DNA of 64,000 nt from Eledone cirrhosa (Eukaryota): NCBI GenBank assembly GCA_964016885.1, contig OZ024746.1:3782001-3846000 (forward strand), in the 5' to 3' direction. This document shows positions 26,501-40,682 of the stretch, piece after piece. The position numbers were made by a program, and so were the translations under genes. The notes beneath the pieces are model-generated. The model was not told the origin of the DNA, searched no databases, and saw only the letters and a list, made by a program, of their open reading frames with translations. How positions within the stretch are numbered: position 1 is the first letter of the stretch; the number at the start of each line of letters is the position of its first letter.

Positions 26501-28074
26501 TGCTTTTTCCCTCCTCTTCCTCTCAATTATGGCATTTAGAGTCCTTTCCTGTACTTTCTCATACAGCCAGATCTGCTCTTCTTTACACCTTCACCCGTTT
26601 TCATTATTTAATTTTGGTTTTTATCTTCTTTTTTTTTCATATTTCCATCATTGTATCAATAAATGTTGTTACACAGTTGAAAAATGAATGAAAAACAATT
26701 TTTTTCTATTTCTTATTTGGCTTCAATTCACTTCTTTGTACAAAACTGGTTAAACGCCAATATGAAGAGGTGAAAAGCGATAAGTCCCACCATCGTCCAT
26801 TCCGTTGTTCTTACACTGCCTTTCTACATCACTTAAGACTATATAGGTTTTGTGAAACATTCAAACCATCAATATTGATTTCAACGTGACTAGAAATCTT
26901 TAGACATATAAATATTATAAATGTTAAATAATTTGCTCCCATATGCTGAATTATATGAACTGAGATTTTGAGGACAAAGGTACTTAGTATAAACATATAA
27001 TTAGTTAATTGGGATGTTTGTGTTTTTTTCCAAAGATATATCTACTTATTACGTCGACCTATTCGATAAAAAGCAGAAAACAGCGGAAAATGACAGACAT
27101 TCAATCTGATTGACAAAATGATAAAAGACTGTCTTTGTGAATAATTAGATAACGATGTTAGTTGCTTGACTGCGATCACATGAATTATAGTCATGTTAAC
27201 CCTACACAACTCAAATTACATTCGCTGCTGCTATTGTTTTTTCACCGACTACTTTTAAAACTTTCACTCGTTTGTAAAGTATTTTTGTATTTATTTCGTC
27301 AGACACATCTTGTATTTTTAGTAGATGTATTCCTTGAATGTCATGGCATTTAGTGTGTAATTGGTATTGTGTTGATTTTTCTAAAAGAGGAGAGGCGAAT
27401 GTAGTTTTGAGTAATAGTTCCCACTGTTGGTAATGTGTTAGATACAGGCTTGGATTTTATTTTCAGTGGAAGACAACATAATGAATGACTAAGACCTTAA
27501 ATGTTGACAGCACTCGTTTTTTTGTTTTTATTAAGAGAATTTAAGATGAAAAAAAGAAACGAAAATACTTTAGGAAATGTTCAAATTTAATGGCTAACAT
27601 TACAGTCCTCCCACGAATGTACTTGGTGTAGATTTAGACCTTGCTTTTAGTAAAAAGACAGCATAATGAAAAACTATTTATCTAATAAACTGTCATCAGT
27701 TCTTTATTTTCTTTGTACGTTTGGTAGATTTTCAATTAAATTGCAGAAGACATGAAAATATAGTATATATATTCACTTTGCAAATTTTAGTTTTTATGTT
27801 CAATTTCTTTATTAATGGAAGCTTTTTGGTTCTATTAGTCATTCTGTATCAAATTTCTATCATTTCCCACTATCACGGCGCTCATCTTTCAAGGACTTTT
27901 ATATGATTTCTCAGCCAAACCTGAATCTGAGATAGACTTATCGTATAAGTAACTTTTAAAAGAATATTTTCAGTATCGTATTAGCTTTATTTAATTGATT
28001 CGGTGTTTTATTATAGATGATATTTCATCCTGAATAAATCAAAGGTTAAGAATTTCTCAATAATCTACTTTTCC

Positions 28075-28613
28075 AAGTGATCACATATTTGTGGACCACA
28101 TTTTCAATAGCAGCTTCATAAGTGATCACATATTTGTGGACCACATTTTCAATAGCAGCTTCATAAGTGATCACATATTTGTGGACCACATTTTCAATAG
28201 TAGCTTCATAAGTGATCACATATTTGTGGACCACATTTTCAATAACAGCTTCATAAGTGATCACATATTTGTGCACCATATTTTCAATAACAGCTTCATA
28301 AGTGATCACATATTTGTGCACCATATTTTCAATAACAGCTTCATAAGTGATCACATATTTGTGCACCATATTTTCAATAACAGCTTCATAAGTGATCACA
28401 TATTTGTGGACCACATTTTCAATAGTAGCTTCATAAGTGATCACATATTTGTGCACCATATTTTCAATAGTAGCTTCATAAGTGATCACATATTTGTGGA
28501 CCACATTTTCAATAGTAGCTTCATAAGTGATCACATATTTGTGGACCACATTTTCAATAACAGCTTCATAAGTGATCACATATTTGTGGACCACATTTTC
28601 AATAACAGCTTCA
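28075..28613. repeat. 45-bp minisatellite, about 12 copies
   Basis: Unit aagtgatcacatatttgtg(g/c)acca(c/t)attttcaata(g/a)(c/t)agcttcat. Confidence 0.97.
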
Positions 28614-28796
28614 TCATACATCATTTCACTATTTCTAAAAATGAAAAGCATAACGATAATCACATGTTTCCTCGTGTTGATATCTTTATCTTGATAGATG
28701 ATATCTCATTATATACTCTTCAGTCAATCTATGTTCACTATCACACGCTGATGTCTTCTGAGATGACTCCTCGTAAAACCTGCCGATGATTTACAA

Positions 28797-28797
<1 letters not shown>

Positions 28798-28827
<30 letters not shown>

Positions 28828-28870
28828 CTTCTTCTTCTTCTTCTTCTTCTTCTTCTTCTTCTTCTTCTTC
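28798..28870. repeat. (CTT)n microsatellite
   Basis: Pure run. Confidence 0.97.
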
Positions 28871-29149
28871 CACACCCCTATTATTTGGGACCCGTGAGTA
28901 GTCTTTTTGAAACTTCTCGACTATTCACATATATGTCAAGTCGACGAAGGAACATTTCGTGGTCTTTGGACCCGCTAGAAGAAAGCAGCCTTGTTTCCCT
29001 GAAATCACGCCCTACCATTTTAAAGAGGGGAAGATACGTTAGGCAAGTATGTAAAAGAAGACGGAATGTTGACGGCTGCTTTGACAAGAATTCTATGATA
29101 TCATCAAATGTATTGCAATCATGACAGTCTCATCTTATAGGGAAAGGGT

Positions 29150-29480
29150 AAGAGAGGGTGTTAGAATAAGCGGGGTGGGGGGATCGGTAATTTTTCTAGG
29201 TTGTCTACGTTGATTTTTTTAAAAACCAGAATTAGTCGTTTAGTTTACATATTGAGACCCCAACCCATCATATTTATTTTATAACATATAGGATTTCTAG
29301 TAATGAACTTTTTTGTCATGTATAATGTTTTTCTTATGTATAAAGAAAATTAATTGTCGCAGGTATGCTACCACTTAAAATAAAATTTCGCCGGGGAGAT
29401 ACATTAGCAAAATTCAATATCCACGGAGTGGGGTGGAATAAGAGCGGTGGGGGTGTGGAAGAACTCTGAAAAATTAAGCA
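29150..29480 (+). mobile_element. Internal part of the MITE family seen at 55879-56212; an orphan TIR lies at 28872-28899
   Basis: gtaatttttctaggttgtct..gtt.atttt..aaaa..cagaattagtcgtttagtttacatattgagacccca is shared. cccctattatttgggacccg matches the reverse complement of the 55879 TIR. Confidence 0.7.
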
Positions 29481-29839
29481 GAAAAGGTAAAGATATTATC
29501 CAGGCGAAAAATACTAATACAATATTTGGGGAGAGAAAAGAAACTGATAATTAGAAAAAGAATCTTCAAACAACCACAAATAATTTGATTTTAATTATTT
29601 ATCTATAATTTCACGTTTTTATCTATTATTTATATATTTCGTTTTTTAACCCAGATTTTAGCCTAGAATCACTTCAGGGAAGTTCAAAGAAGATAATTTC
29701 GAAAGATAAGGCAAAATTGAAATTGTAAAATAATCTCAGAAAGGAATCTTCTCTCTCATATGTTCAACTTAAATAAAAGAAAATTCTTATCTCGAATCTG
29801 TATAAGAAAACATATTGCACCCAGAAACACGCCAGACCT

Positions 29840-30053
<214 letters not shown>

Positions 30054-30087
30054 ATAATAATAAATTTGAAGACTAAAATCCATTTTA

Positions 30088-30163
<76 letters not shown>

Positions 30164-30195
30164 GTGTATGTATATATATATATATATATATATAT

Positions 30196-30318
30196 AGGAA
30201 CAAGTAGGACCCCGACTGCTGAGCTCAAGCCGTTTCGACGGCTAATTCTGGAATTAGCCGTCGTATTGAGTACTTTGGTGCGTTATGGTCCATCTGGTTC
30301 CTTACCACATCTCCTTCG

Positions 30319-30320
<2 letters not shown>
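30196..30320 (+). mobile_element. Family T1 copy 3 in (TA)n
   Basis: The inverted head reaches the full hairpin cgacggctaattc tg gaattagccgtcg, then joins gtattgagtactttgg...ccttcgtt. Confidence 0.75.
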
Positions 30321-30380
<60 letters not shown>

Positions 30381-30383
30381 ATG

Positions 30384-30432
<49 letters not shown>

Positions 30433-30461
30433 ATATATATATAATGTGAAGGTAATAAAAC

Positions 30462-30492
<31 letters not shown>

Positions 30493-30892
30493 TATTTTAA
30501 AGCCCCAATCCTAAGAATTTTTTTATTCCAGTAAAGAAGGAACTGGATAGAGTATATTAGCTATTCTGCTACTCGTAACCACCATTATCATCTGGGCTTC
30601 GTTATACCCCCCCCCCCATTACCTACTCCAAGTCTTCCTCTATTCTTAACGATATGACCTAATATCCTACATTTTGGAATAACCGGGTCAATAGTTGTGC
30701 GTCTTCGTTTATATATGTATGTTTATTTGCTTATACATTATACATTAAATATATATATAGATAGTGTATATATATATATATATTGTTATACTTTTGGGAG
30801 GGTCATGCTGCCAATAAAAACACACGCACCTGTTCGTTTTCACTTCAATTTGTTACAGTTGGTTGGTTTAGTAACCGGATGGTTGTTTATTT

Positions 30893-30938
30893 ATTGAAAA
30901 AGCTCTTTCGTCACACATTCTTTGACTTCGTCAGTAAC
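30893..30938 (-). ncRNA. Hammerhead-like motif
   Basis: Minus strand CTGACGA-a GTCA aagaatgtg TGAC-GAAA-gagctt-TT-caataaa; stem I is weak. Confidence 0.45.
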
Positions 30939-31034
30939 TAATTTGTTATTTTGTGTCTCGCCTATATTCTTTCTTACACCATCTTGTTTTTGTGTGCACA
31001 TATATAAATATATATATTTAAAGAAAGAGAAAGA

Positions 31035-31117
<83 letters not shown>

Positions 31118-31249
31118 GTAGCATTAATAGGACTAGGATATTTTCAGTTTCTTTTGGCCAACATTGTAATGTATGCTTCCGTGTTATGGTCGTTCAAATC
31201 AGTTAGGAACTATTTTGTTTCGTTCTGATTCTGTGTATCCACAATAATG

Positions 31250-31456
31250 GCTTCTGATATAGGCACAAGGCCAGCAAGGTTTGGAGAAGGTAAAGTTGAT
31301 TAAATCGACCCCTGTGCGTGATTGCTACTTTGTTTTATCGACCTCGTAAGGATGAAAGGCAAAGCTAACCTTGGCGGGATTTGAACTCAGAACGTAAAGG
31401 GCCGTAAAACTATGCCGCGAAGCAGGGTGTCCGACGCTTTAACGATACTGCCAATC
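31250..31456 (-). mobile_element. SINE group A
   Basis: Reverse complement of the consensus, ending gatactgccaatcc. Confidence 0.8.
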
Positions 31457-32219
31457 CTTTCCTTTCCAGTTCAGAAATCATCGTTCATTTTACAAACCAT
31501 TTTATCTTTAATACCATTTTATCTTTAAATAGGACATTGTCGATCTAGCGACATCCCACTCTACCAATCTCGTGCTTTACATATTTTCAGACCTTCATGT
31601 TTACTGTTCTTTCACGTTTCCACTTTACATTGTCTTCCCAAAGTACTGTTAACTCTACAATAAGAACATGTTTTATCAAGTCAAGAAAGTGAGGGTGGTG
31701 CATCGTCATAGCAATAGTGCTCGGGAATACGAATACTTCAATTTCAAAAGCACCTTCCGGTCATTAGATTTGGGCAGAAATCTGTTCACCGGATTTCCTC
31801 TATTTACGCTCAGCCCCTGCTTTTTCCATTTTTACCCTACTTGTGGAAGCCAACAGACCGCAACCTTGTATTGAATTTTCTTACATTAACACAGCTACAT
31901 TCATATTCTAATACATTAATGTGGCCACCCAGTACTTGACTATGTCATCTACTATACCACAGAAAGTATTCGGTACTTAAATGTTGCTAGAATATCTTCC
32001 AGTGATGCATCATAGCCTTCACAACGTTGACAGTCAGCAGTATAACTCCAGTCCCACGGTCTAATATTAGTTATTAACGACAACACACCATACACTACAC
32101 TGAGGAGGAATTGCAGCCTGGATGTTTCCATTTTCATAATCTGTTTCACGATAGATTCTTTTATTCGGATCTTTCTCCCATGCTATCCATGCTTCCCAAC
32201 ACTATATAATGTACATGCG

Positions 32220-32264
<45 letters not shown>

Positions 32265-32491
32265 TGGGTATATATGGGAAACGTCTAATACAAAACTTGT
32301 CACTGGATATATTTATTACTATGAATACACAGACAGTGGTATATGTGTCATACATATACCACTGTCATCTAATAATATACAGTTGTATCATGTGATAAAA
32401 GGAGCCAATCATATCATCACTCTCTCTCTCTCTCTCCCCTCTCTCTCTCCATCTCTCTCCTAATATATATATTGTCGAAACGGCCGGTGTG

Positions 32492-32561
<70 letters not shown>

Positions 32562-32846
32562 CTTGAGATTTTCATGGGTCAGGGATAGTTGAAGATCAAA
32601 ATCAGGGTCGAACCCAAACATGTTTGGGTGCAGAGTAGGTATGGAAATAAGGAATAATCTAAGAAGATCCTAGAACTGGATGAAGGGTTGGTCACGTGGT
32701 TTAATGTCCACATAAATGAAGCTGTTGAGTTATCAGGTGAAGGAACAAACTAAAGGTTTTCCTGAAGAACTAAGATAAGATTACGAGTGTGATTATAGTA
32801 GAGGCTGGACCTATTGTTTCAAGCAACGAAAGTATCAACCAGCACA

Positions 32847-34027
32847 GGAGTTGGTCAAGGATGGTGATAGTAGTGATGGCTATAGTGGTGATAATGGTAG
32901 TGGAGTTGGTCAAGGATGGTGATAGTAGTGATAGTAGTGATAGTGGTGATAATGGTAGTGGAGTTGGTCAAGGATGGTGATAGTAGTGATAGCTATAGTG
33001 GTGATAATGGTAGTGGAGTTGGTCAAGGATGGTGATAGTTGTGATGGCTATAGTGGTGATAATGGTAGTGGAGTTGGTCAAGGATGGTGATAGTAGTGAT
33101 AGTAGTGATAGTGGTGATAATGGTAGTGGAGTTGGTCAAGGATGGTGATAGTAGTGATGGCTATAGTGGTGATAATGGTAGTGGGGTTGGTCAAGGATGG
33201 TGATAGTAGTGATGGCTATAGTGGTGATAATGGTAGTGGAGTTGGTCAAGGATGGTGATAGTAGTGATGGCTATAGTGGTGATAATGGTAGTGGGGTTGG
33301 TCAAGGATGGTGATAGTAGTGATGGCTATAGTGGTGATAATGGTAGTGGAGTTGGTCAAGGATGGTGATAGTAGTGATGGCTATAGTGGTGATAATGGTA
33401 GTGGAGTTGGTCAAGGATGGTGATAGTAGTGATAGCTATAGTGGTGATAATAGTAGTGGAGTTGGTCAAGGATGGTGATAGTAGTGATAGCTATAGTGGT
33501 GATAATGGTAGTGGGGTTGGTCAAGGATGGTGATAGTAGTGATGGCTATAGTGGTGATAATGGTAGTGGAGTTGGTCAAGGATGGTGATAGTAGTGATAG
33601 TAGTGATAGTGGTGATAATGGTAGTGGAGTTGGTCAAGGATGGTGATAGTAGTGATAGCTATAGTGGTGATAATGGTAGTGGGGTTGGTCAAGGATGGTG
33701 ATAGTAGTGATGGCTATAGTGGTGATAATGGTAGTGGGGTTGGTCAAGGATGGTGATAGTAGTGATGGCTATAGTGGTGATAATGGTAGTGGAGTTGGTC
33801 AAGGATGGTGATAGTAGTGATGGCTATAGTGGTGATAATGGTAGTGGAGTTGGTCAAGGATGGTGATAGTAGTGATGGCTATAGTGGTGATAATGGTAGT
33901 GGAGTTGGTCAAGGATGGTGATAGTAGTGATGGCTATAGTGGTGATAATGGTAGTGGAGTTGGTCAAGGATGGTGATAGTAGTGATGGCTATAGTGGTGA
34001 TAATGGTAGTGGAGTTGGTCAAGGATG
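32847..34027. repeat. 55-bp minisatellite, about 21 copies
   Basis: Unit ggagttggtcaaggatggtgatagtagtgatggctatagtggtgataatggtagt. Confidence 0.97.
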
Positions 34028-34210
34028 CCAGAGATAAAGTCTACTGAAACACCAATATTTGTAAGTCTGTAGAGGTATTTACACAGGGAAATAGATTACA
34101 TGAATTGGGGGACAGTTTTAATGTTTGAGTTTGCATAGCAGACGACTTCACAGGACTTAGGGCTTCAAAGAAAAACTAGATTATACAGGAACAGCTGTCC
34201 TCTATGATCT

Positions 34211-34387
34211 AAATAATTGTTTCTACTTTTGGCACAAGGCCAACAATTACCCAGTACATTACTGGTACTTTACTTTATCGACCCCGTAAGGATGAAAGGC
34301 CAAGTTAACCTCGGCGGAATTTGAACTCAGTATGGCAAGGGCCGTAACTCTATGCTGCAAAGCATGGCGTCCGACACTCTACCGATA
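34211..34387 (-). mobile_element. SINE group A
   Basis: Reverse complement of the consensus. Confidence 0.85.
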
Positions 34388-34807
34388 GTTGAAGCTGCTT
34401 GCAGCTAGGGTGGATTAAGATGTTATTGAAGGCTGGATGAATATCGATGACATCATTATGTTGGTTGTATTGATGTTTGTATGTTGGAGTAATAAGATAG
34501 TGTAGAAGGATGAGATGGAAATAAGGAAGGTAGCAGAATGACATCGCCATTAATAGGTTGATAGGTTAATTCAGTTGACAGTCTATCATAGAAGAAACGA
34601 TGTATATTCACACACACACACATACATACACACAGAGACACACACACACAATCACAAACACAATCACACACACACACAGAGACACACGCATATATATATA
34701 TGTGTGTGTATGTGTGTGTGTGTATGCAAAAAGTAAACAGAAATAACAAAGCAAACACTACAGTACAACGAAAGAATATATTAGTTTTACACTTGATATA
34801 GCAGGAA

Positions 34808-34850
34808 AAGAGCCTTAACGTTTCGGACGCTAGTCCTTCATTAGAAAATA
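34808..34850 (-). ncRNA. Mutated hammerhead-like motif of the 45211 family
   Basis: Minus strand CTAATGA-a GGAC tagc GTCC-GAAA-cgttaaggctcttttcctgc. Confidence 0.4.
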
Positions 34851-34895
34851 GAACGAGGAATTAGCGAAAAAATAGGTGATTGAGCAGTATTTTTA

Positions 34896-35169
34896 TATAA
34901 ATACTGCTCCATTTTTATCACCAACTCTGTAGCTTTCTGACTCACAAACACATTTATATATAAAAATAATTGTTTCTACTTTTGGCACAAGGCCAGCAAT
35001 TATCCCAGTGTATTACTGGTACTTTAATTTTACGGGGTCGATAAAATAAAGTACCAGTAATACACTGGAATAATTGCTGGTCTTGTGCCAAAAGTAGAAA
35101 CAATTATTATGTTTATATGTGTTAGTGAGTCAGAAGGCTACAATGTTGTAAAAATGGGGCAGTGTTTAT
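34896..35169. repeat. Fold-back of about 270 bp: inverted flanks around two oppositely oriented SINE A 3' ends
   Basis: 34966-35030 is the reverse complement of about 35042-35108. The outer arms ataaatactgctccattttta...ttctgactcac and gtgagtcagaa...taaaaatggggcagtgtttat also pair. Confidence 0.8.
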
Positions 35170-35294
35170 CCGTATATTGTTAATTGAATATTGACTTTGC
35201 TGGTGAACCATCCACTTGAAAGACCAGCTTGGGATTATTTAAGGTTTGAGTATTTTACTGAAAAGATAATTTCTAAGTTATAATACTGATAATG

Positions 35295-35395
<101 letters not shown>

Positions 35396-35539
35396 CATAT
35401 GGATGAGATCTTTTTTTTCCAGAATCCCTAAAAATGACCTTCTTGTCCGACTATTTTTATAGTCAAAACCTGCATTGACGCACTTTATTTTATACATTCA
35501 ATATGTATATATACATGCATGCGTACACGTACACACACA

Positions 35540-35597
<58 letters not shown>

Positions 35598-36276
35598 AAT
35601 AGATAGATAGATAGATAGATAGATATGCATACTCATACATATATGTATGTATCTATGTATGCGTGTATATAGATATATATATGTGTGTGCGTGTGTGTAT
35701 GTGTTTATGTATGTGTGTGTGTTTATGTATGTATGTATGTATGTCTCCTTTACTTGCCAGACAGCAATATCAGAACTGTTTAAATGCTGTCATCTGTACA
35801 ATTCCATTTGACACCAGAGACGTTGACGTCGACCTACAAATCCGTTATAAAAAATGAACGATGTCTAGTTTAATTCCTTTATTATTTTAGAATTTTATTG
35901 CATTTAGTTTTTAAATATATATTTTATTAAACTATATTTATTGTCTGCTTCCTCCATCGCTGAGGGGTATTTAAGCTTTAGCTAAACATTTTCACATGTA
36001 GGCATGTCTTATAGGATAGCAATTTGATACACTTGGACAAGAACAGAGTTGGGAAAATAAGTTCCGCTACAAAGATACTTACGTACGCACACACACACAA
36101 ATACACACTGACACACGTATACACACACACATACATACATACACACATACACACATACACACACATACACATACACACACATACACACACACAAACAAAC
36201 AAACAAACAAACACACAAACAAACAAACACACACACACAAACAAACACACACTCAAACAAACATACACACCTGCAT

Positions 36277-36327
<51 letters not shown>

Positions 36328-36759
36328 AACAAACATACACACCTGCATGTATATACAGACACACGCACACAAACAAACACACAAACAAACACAGAAACAC
36401 ACAGACACACAGGGACACATACACACACACGTACACACATGCGTATACACGAACTAGAACATTTTAGAACAGGAAAGTGAAAGCCTCTCGGTTGTTCTTC
36501 AACATGTTTTACTATTATTTTGCCTGAGGTTAAATTTGATTAAGTAAAATTAAAGCCATTCCTATCATGACCATCCCTACTTTTTTAAAAGGTAATGTTT
36601 GCTTTTACATTATCTAGTGTTTTCTTTATCTCCATTGCATGGCGTGGTTTATTGCAGATTCGTATGCATAGAACAAGGTTTCTTCTAGCTGTAATTATTC
36701 AAAAACTAAAGGAGCCAATGACTAAGAATGGAACTGAATCTCTCATCTCGTAATTTATT

Positions 36760-36870
36760 TAATAATTGTTTCTACTTTTGGCACAAGGCCAGCACATACC
36801 CAGTACATTACTGGTACTTTATTTTATCGACCCCGTAAGGATGAAAGCAAAGTTAACCTAGACGGGATTT
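36760..36870 (-). mobile_element. SINE group A, 5'-truncated
   Basis: Tail plus central domain; atttatttaataat occurs on both sides. Confidence 0.85.
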
Positions 36871-37388
36871 ATTTAATAATACTGTTCAATAACTTTTTAT
36901 ATATAGACAATTATTTTGAGGAACACGCACGACCATTACTCTTTGAAAGTGTGGTAACAAAGCTACGTCGTGTATTGCTGTTGTATTGATAATCAATGTT
37001 GTCAGTCTTTACACATCTTCACCAACAATGGTAACGCTTACTGGGATACTCATCCATAGTTAATCAGGATATCACTGTATCATCATTGCAAATTATACTG
37101 TTTTTTTAAAGAATTATTTTTAGAGACTGATTCTTAATATGATATCAAATTTATCAATTTTTCTATTTGGAGTCTCTTAATTATTTTCTTTTTATCATTT
37201 CAAAGATTTTTATTGTTGCGAAACGCCTATGATAGTTATTGGAGTTGCATTGTAGTTCATCTTATCTTCACCTGTATGACAGAAAGACCTCAATGCATAC
37301 TTTACAATTTAGTAAGAAACAATAGAAATGTGTCCGAAGATTTGACGCCATGTCGGTCATGATTGAACAGACCTATGATCAAAGACAT

Positions 37389-38168
37389 GTCTATGTCTAG
37401 GGCGGGTAAAATTCCCGAGATCCATGGACGAGTTCTTTCCAGCGGTCTCAGTCCCACATTATCGCTGCCATGTCCTGCGTCTCCAAGAGACTAGTGTCTG
37501 TCCTTAGGACATTAACATATGTTAACCTCAGTCTTCCTCTTCCAGTGTATCTAATCAGGGGCTCCCACAGGAGCACTGAGAGCAGTGTCAACTCTGGATG
37601 TTGGTGAGCATGTCCAGCTAACCTCAGTCTCCTCTGGGCTACTCTCGAGCAGACTTTTGGGAGGCTCCCGTACAGCTCGGAGTTCTTCATCCTCAGTGTA
37701 TACTGATTAATGTTCAGAGCCATCCTCAGTGTATACTGATTAATGTTCAGAGCCATCCTCAGCATTCTCGGGTAGCACCCATCCACCATGTGAGTGAGTT
37801 TCTTGGTCAGTGACCAAGCCTCAGACCCGTACAGCAGCACAGTCTCCTCTACAGCAACACAGTGAAGGAGGCAGAGGATTTGATGCAGGAGGTGGAGACT
37901 GTGTGTCGATGAGTGTGGGGCTGAGAATGAATGAGATTAAGACGAAGTATCTGGTAGAGAATATTAAGAATCCAGAGAAGATTACGAATGCAGGCGAGAA
38001 GCCGCTAGAATTGGTTGAGGACTTCCTGTATCTGGGAGCAAAGATTGGGAACACGGAAGATGATGTAGTCGAGAGGAAGAGTAAAGCCTGGATGGCGTGC
38101 CACAGCTTGAGATCAGTGTGGAAGTCGGACCTTCGTAAAGACCTGAAGATCCGTCTCTTCGTTCCTGT
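37389..38168 (-). mobile_element. RTE-group LINE family L copy with 5' inversion and an 11-bp TSD
   Basis: TSD atcaaagacat at 37378-37388 and 38169-38179. 37389-37860 on the minus strand encodes VAVEETVLLYGSEAW...; about 37861-38168 on the plus strand encodes the upstream GLRMNEIKTKY...VEDFLYLG...VWKSDLRKDLKIRLFV. A 33-bp tandem duplication lies at about 37688-37753. Confidence 0.9.
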
Positions 38169-38921
38169 ATCAAAGACATTCTAGTTGTTTATCATCCCAT
38201 TCTTTTTTCTTTCCGGGTTTATTGTGCCTGTCCCGGGATGACATTATTCAGTGTGTCTTTCTATGTTTAAAGTGTTCATCTTTTAGTTTGCTGTTATTTT
38301 TATCGTGTCTGGAATGACAAAGAATAATATTTTATGTTTTTCTGTGTACGGAGGAATCGTTAAAAGTGTTTACATTTCATTAAAAGTGTTTATATTTCGC
38401 ATTTCATTATTTTCACAGTAAGTACTTTTAATTAAAAACTTGCACTTATATCTACCTTACGTTTACTTTTCAACCTTCAAAGATATACTGCGTTCTAGCA
38501 TAAATATTTATTATTTATTTAATTGTGTCATCAAAAGTATTCCCACCATGAAAGGTAGTCAGACTATTTCAGCTATCTTCTATATTCTGTACATATTTAA
38601 CCTTCTTATGACAGTAACCCTCCCCACAATTATAGAGGTACTTCATTTTTGACTTCTTTAAATTAAAAACAAAAACCGTAGTTATATGTATCTTAAAACC
38701 ACGCATACATACACACACACACAGATATGCACACATACACATGCACACACACACATGCATACACACATACACACATGCACACATGCAAACATGTACACAC
38801 ACACAAAAACACACACAAACACAAGTACACACATATATGTAATTTATTTATTTATTTTATATAGAAATGATTCATTCACATGAAATCAGGAATGTCGTAG
38901 ATATCCGCTTCGAAGAACCAT

Positions 38922-39485
<564 letters not shown>

Positions 39486-39758
39486 CGAAACGCAATTTTC
39501 GAGATATGCAGCAAGCACTCGAATGGACTAAAAATATATATATATATACATATACATATATTCAGATATATATATATGTATATATATATATTTGTATGTA
39601 TGTATGTATGTATGTATGTATGTATGTATGTATGTATGTATGTATGTATGTATGTATGTATGTATGTATGTATATAGAGAGAGATGTAGAATACTGGAAG
39701 GTAATATCCGTCGTGGTAGAGCACTCAGTCCATGGGACGAGTTTGGTAGAAGTGGTTA

Positions 39759-39886
39759 CACAACAGTTAGTTCACCATAGCGAGAACAATTGTTTCACCT
39801 TAGCGGATTCTCAGCTCATAATTCACGACCTGAGGATCCGCTAAGGTGAAACAATTGTTCTCGGTATGGTGAACTAACTGTTGTGT
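39759..39886. ncRNA. Inverted pair of hammerhead motifs (fold-back), same family as 62710
   Basis: Plus strand CTGAGGA-tccgctaaggt-GAAA-CAATTG-TT-ctcg (39830-39863); inverted copy at 39781-39817 reads CTGAGAA. Confidence 0.65.
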
Positions 39887-39891
39887 TACTA

Positions 39892-39940
<49 letters not shown>

Positions 39941-40045
39941 AAATGGCGTGCTGAAGGGTGGAAGATCACTGATGAAGGACTAATTTTATTCATATATATA
40001 TATAAGTTATTTCGGATTCAATCGGGGGTAACCACAGTAAGTAAG

Positions 40046-40092
40046 GACTGTTTCATTCGTGAGAAAGGATGATTTCTCACGAATGAAACAGT
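40046..40092. repeat. Short fold-back with a hammerhead remnant
   Basis: ctgtttcattcgtgagaaa ggatga tttctcacgaatgaaacag contains GATGA-t TTC tcac GAA t-GAAA. Confidence 0.5.
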
Positions 40093-40121
40093 TTCTAGTC
40101 CTGTAGAAGTTTTTCTATATT

Positions 40122-40228
<107 letters not shown>

Positions 40229-40507
40229 GCCTTATACTGGAAACATGATCTACTTCAAAATGGTGTTGGGGTCACAGTATCATTTGTATTAGATAAGTCA
40301 GTTATATGAATTACAGGCAACGAGTGATGATTCACAATTGAAAATTGTTTTCGTAAACATAAAATACCATATCTTTATCACAGAGAAGTAATTGTACTTT
40401 AGCTTAACAAACATCGACATTTAGGTTATTTCAGATGTTTTCCAGTTATGTCTATATTTTTGAAAATATTCTCTATTATATTTTATATTTATTTCTCCTC
40501 TGTCTTG

Positions 40508-40682
40508 TGGAGGTTGTGAGTTCGATTCCTGGACCGGGTAATACGTTATGTCCTTGAGCAAGACACTTTATTTCACGTTGCTCTTTCTACCTGGAGTTGC
40601 GATCGATAGATAGTATTAGCAACTGGAAAGACCGACGAAAACATTGTTTCCTCTGTCCGATTTGACGAAAGTCGATCGATCC
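40508..40682 (+). mobile_element. SINE group B, tail type 3, 5'-truncated
   Basis: Matches 52473-52690. Confidence 0.8.
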
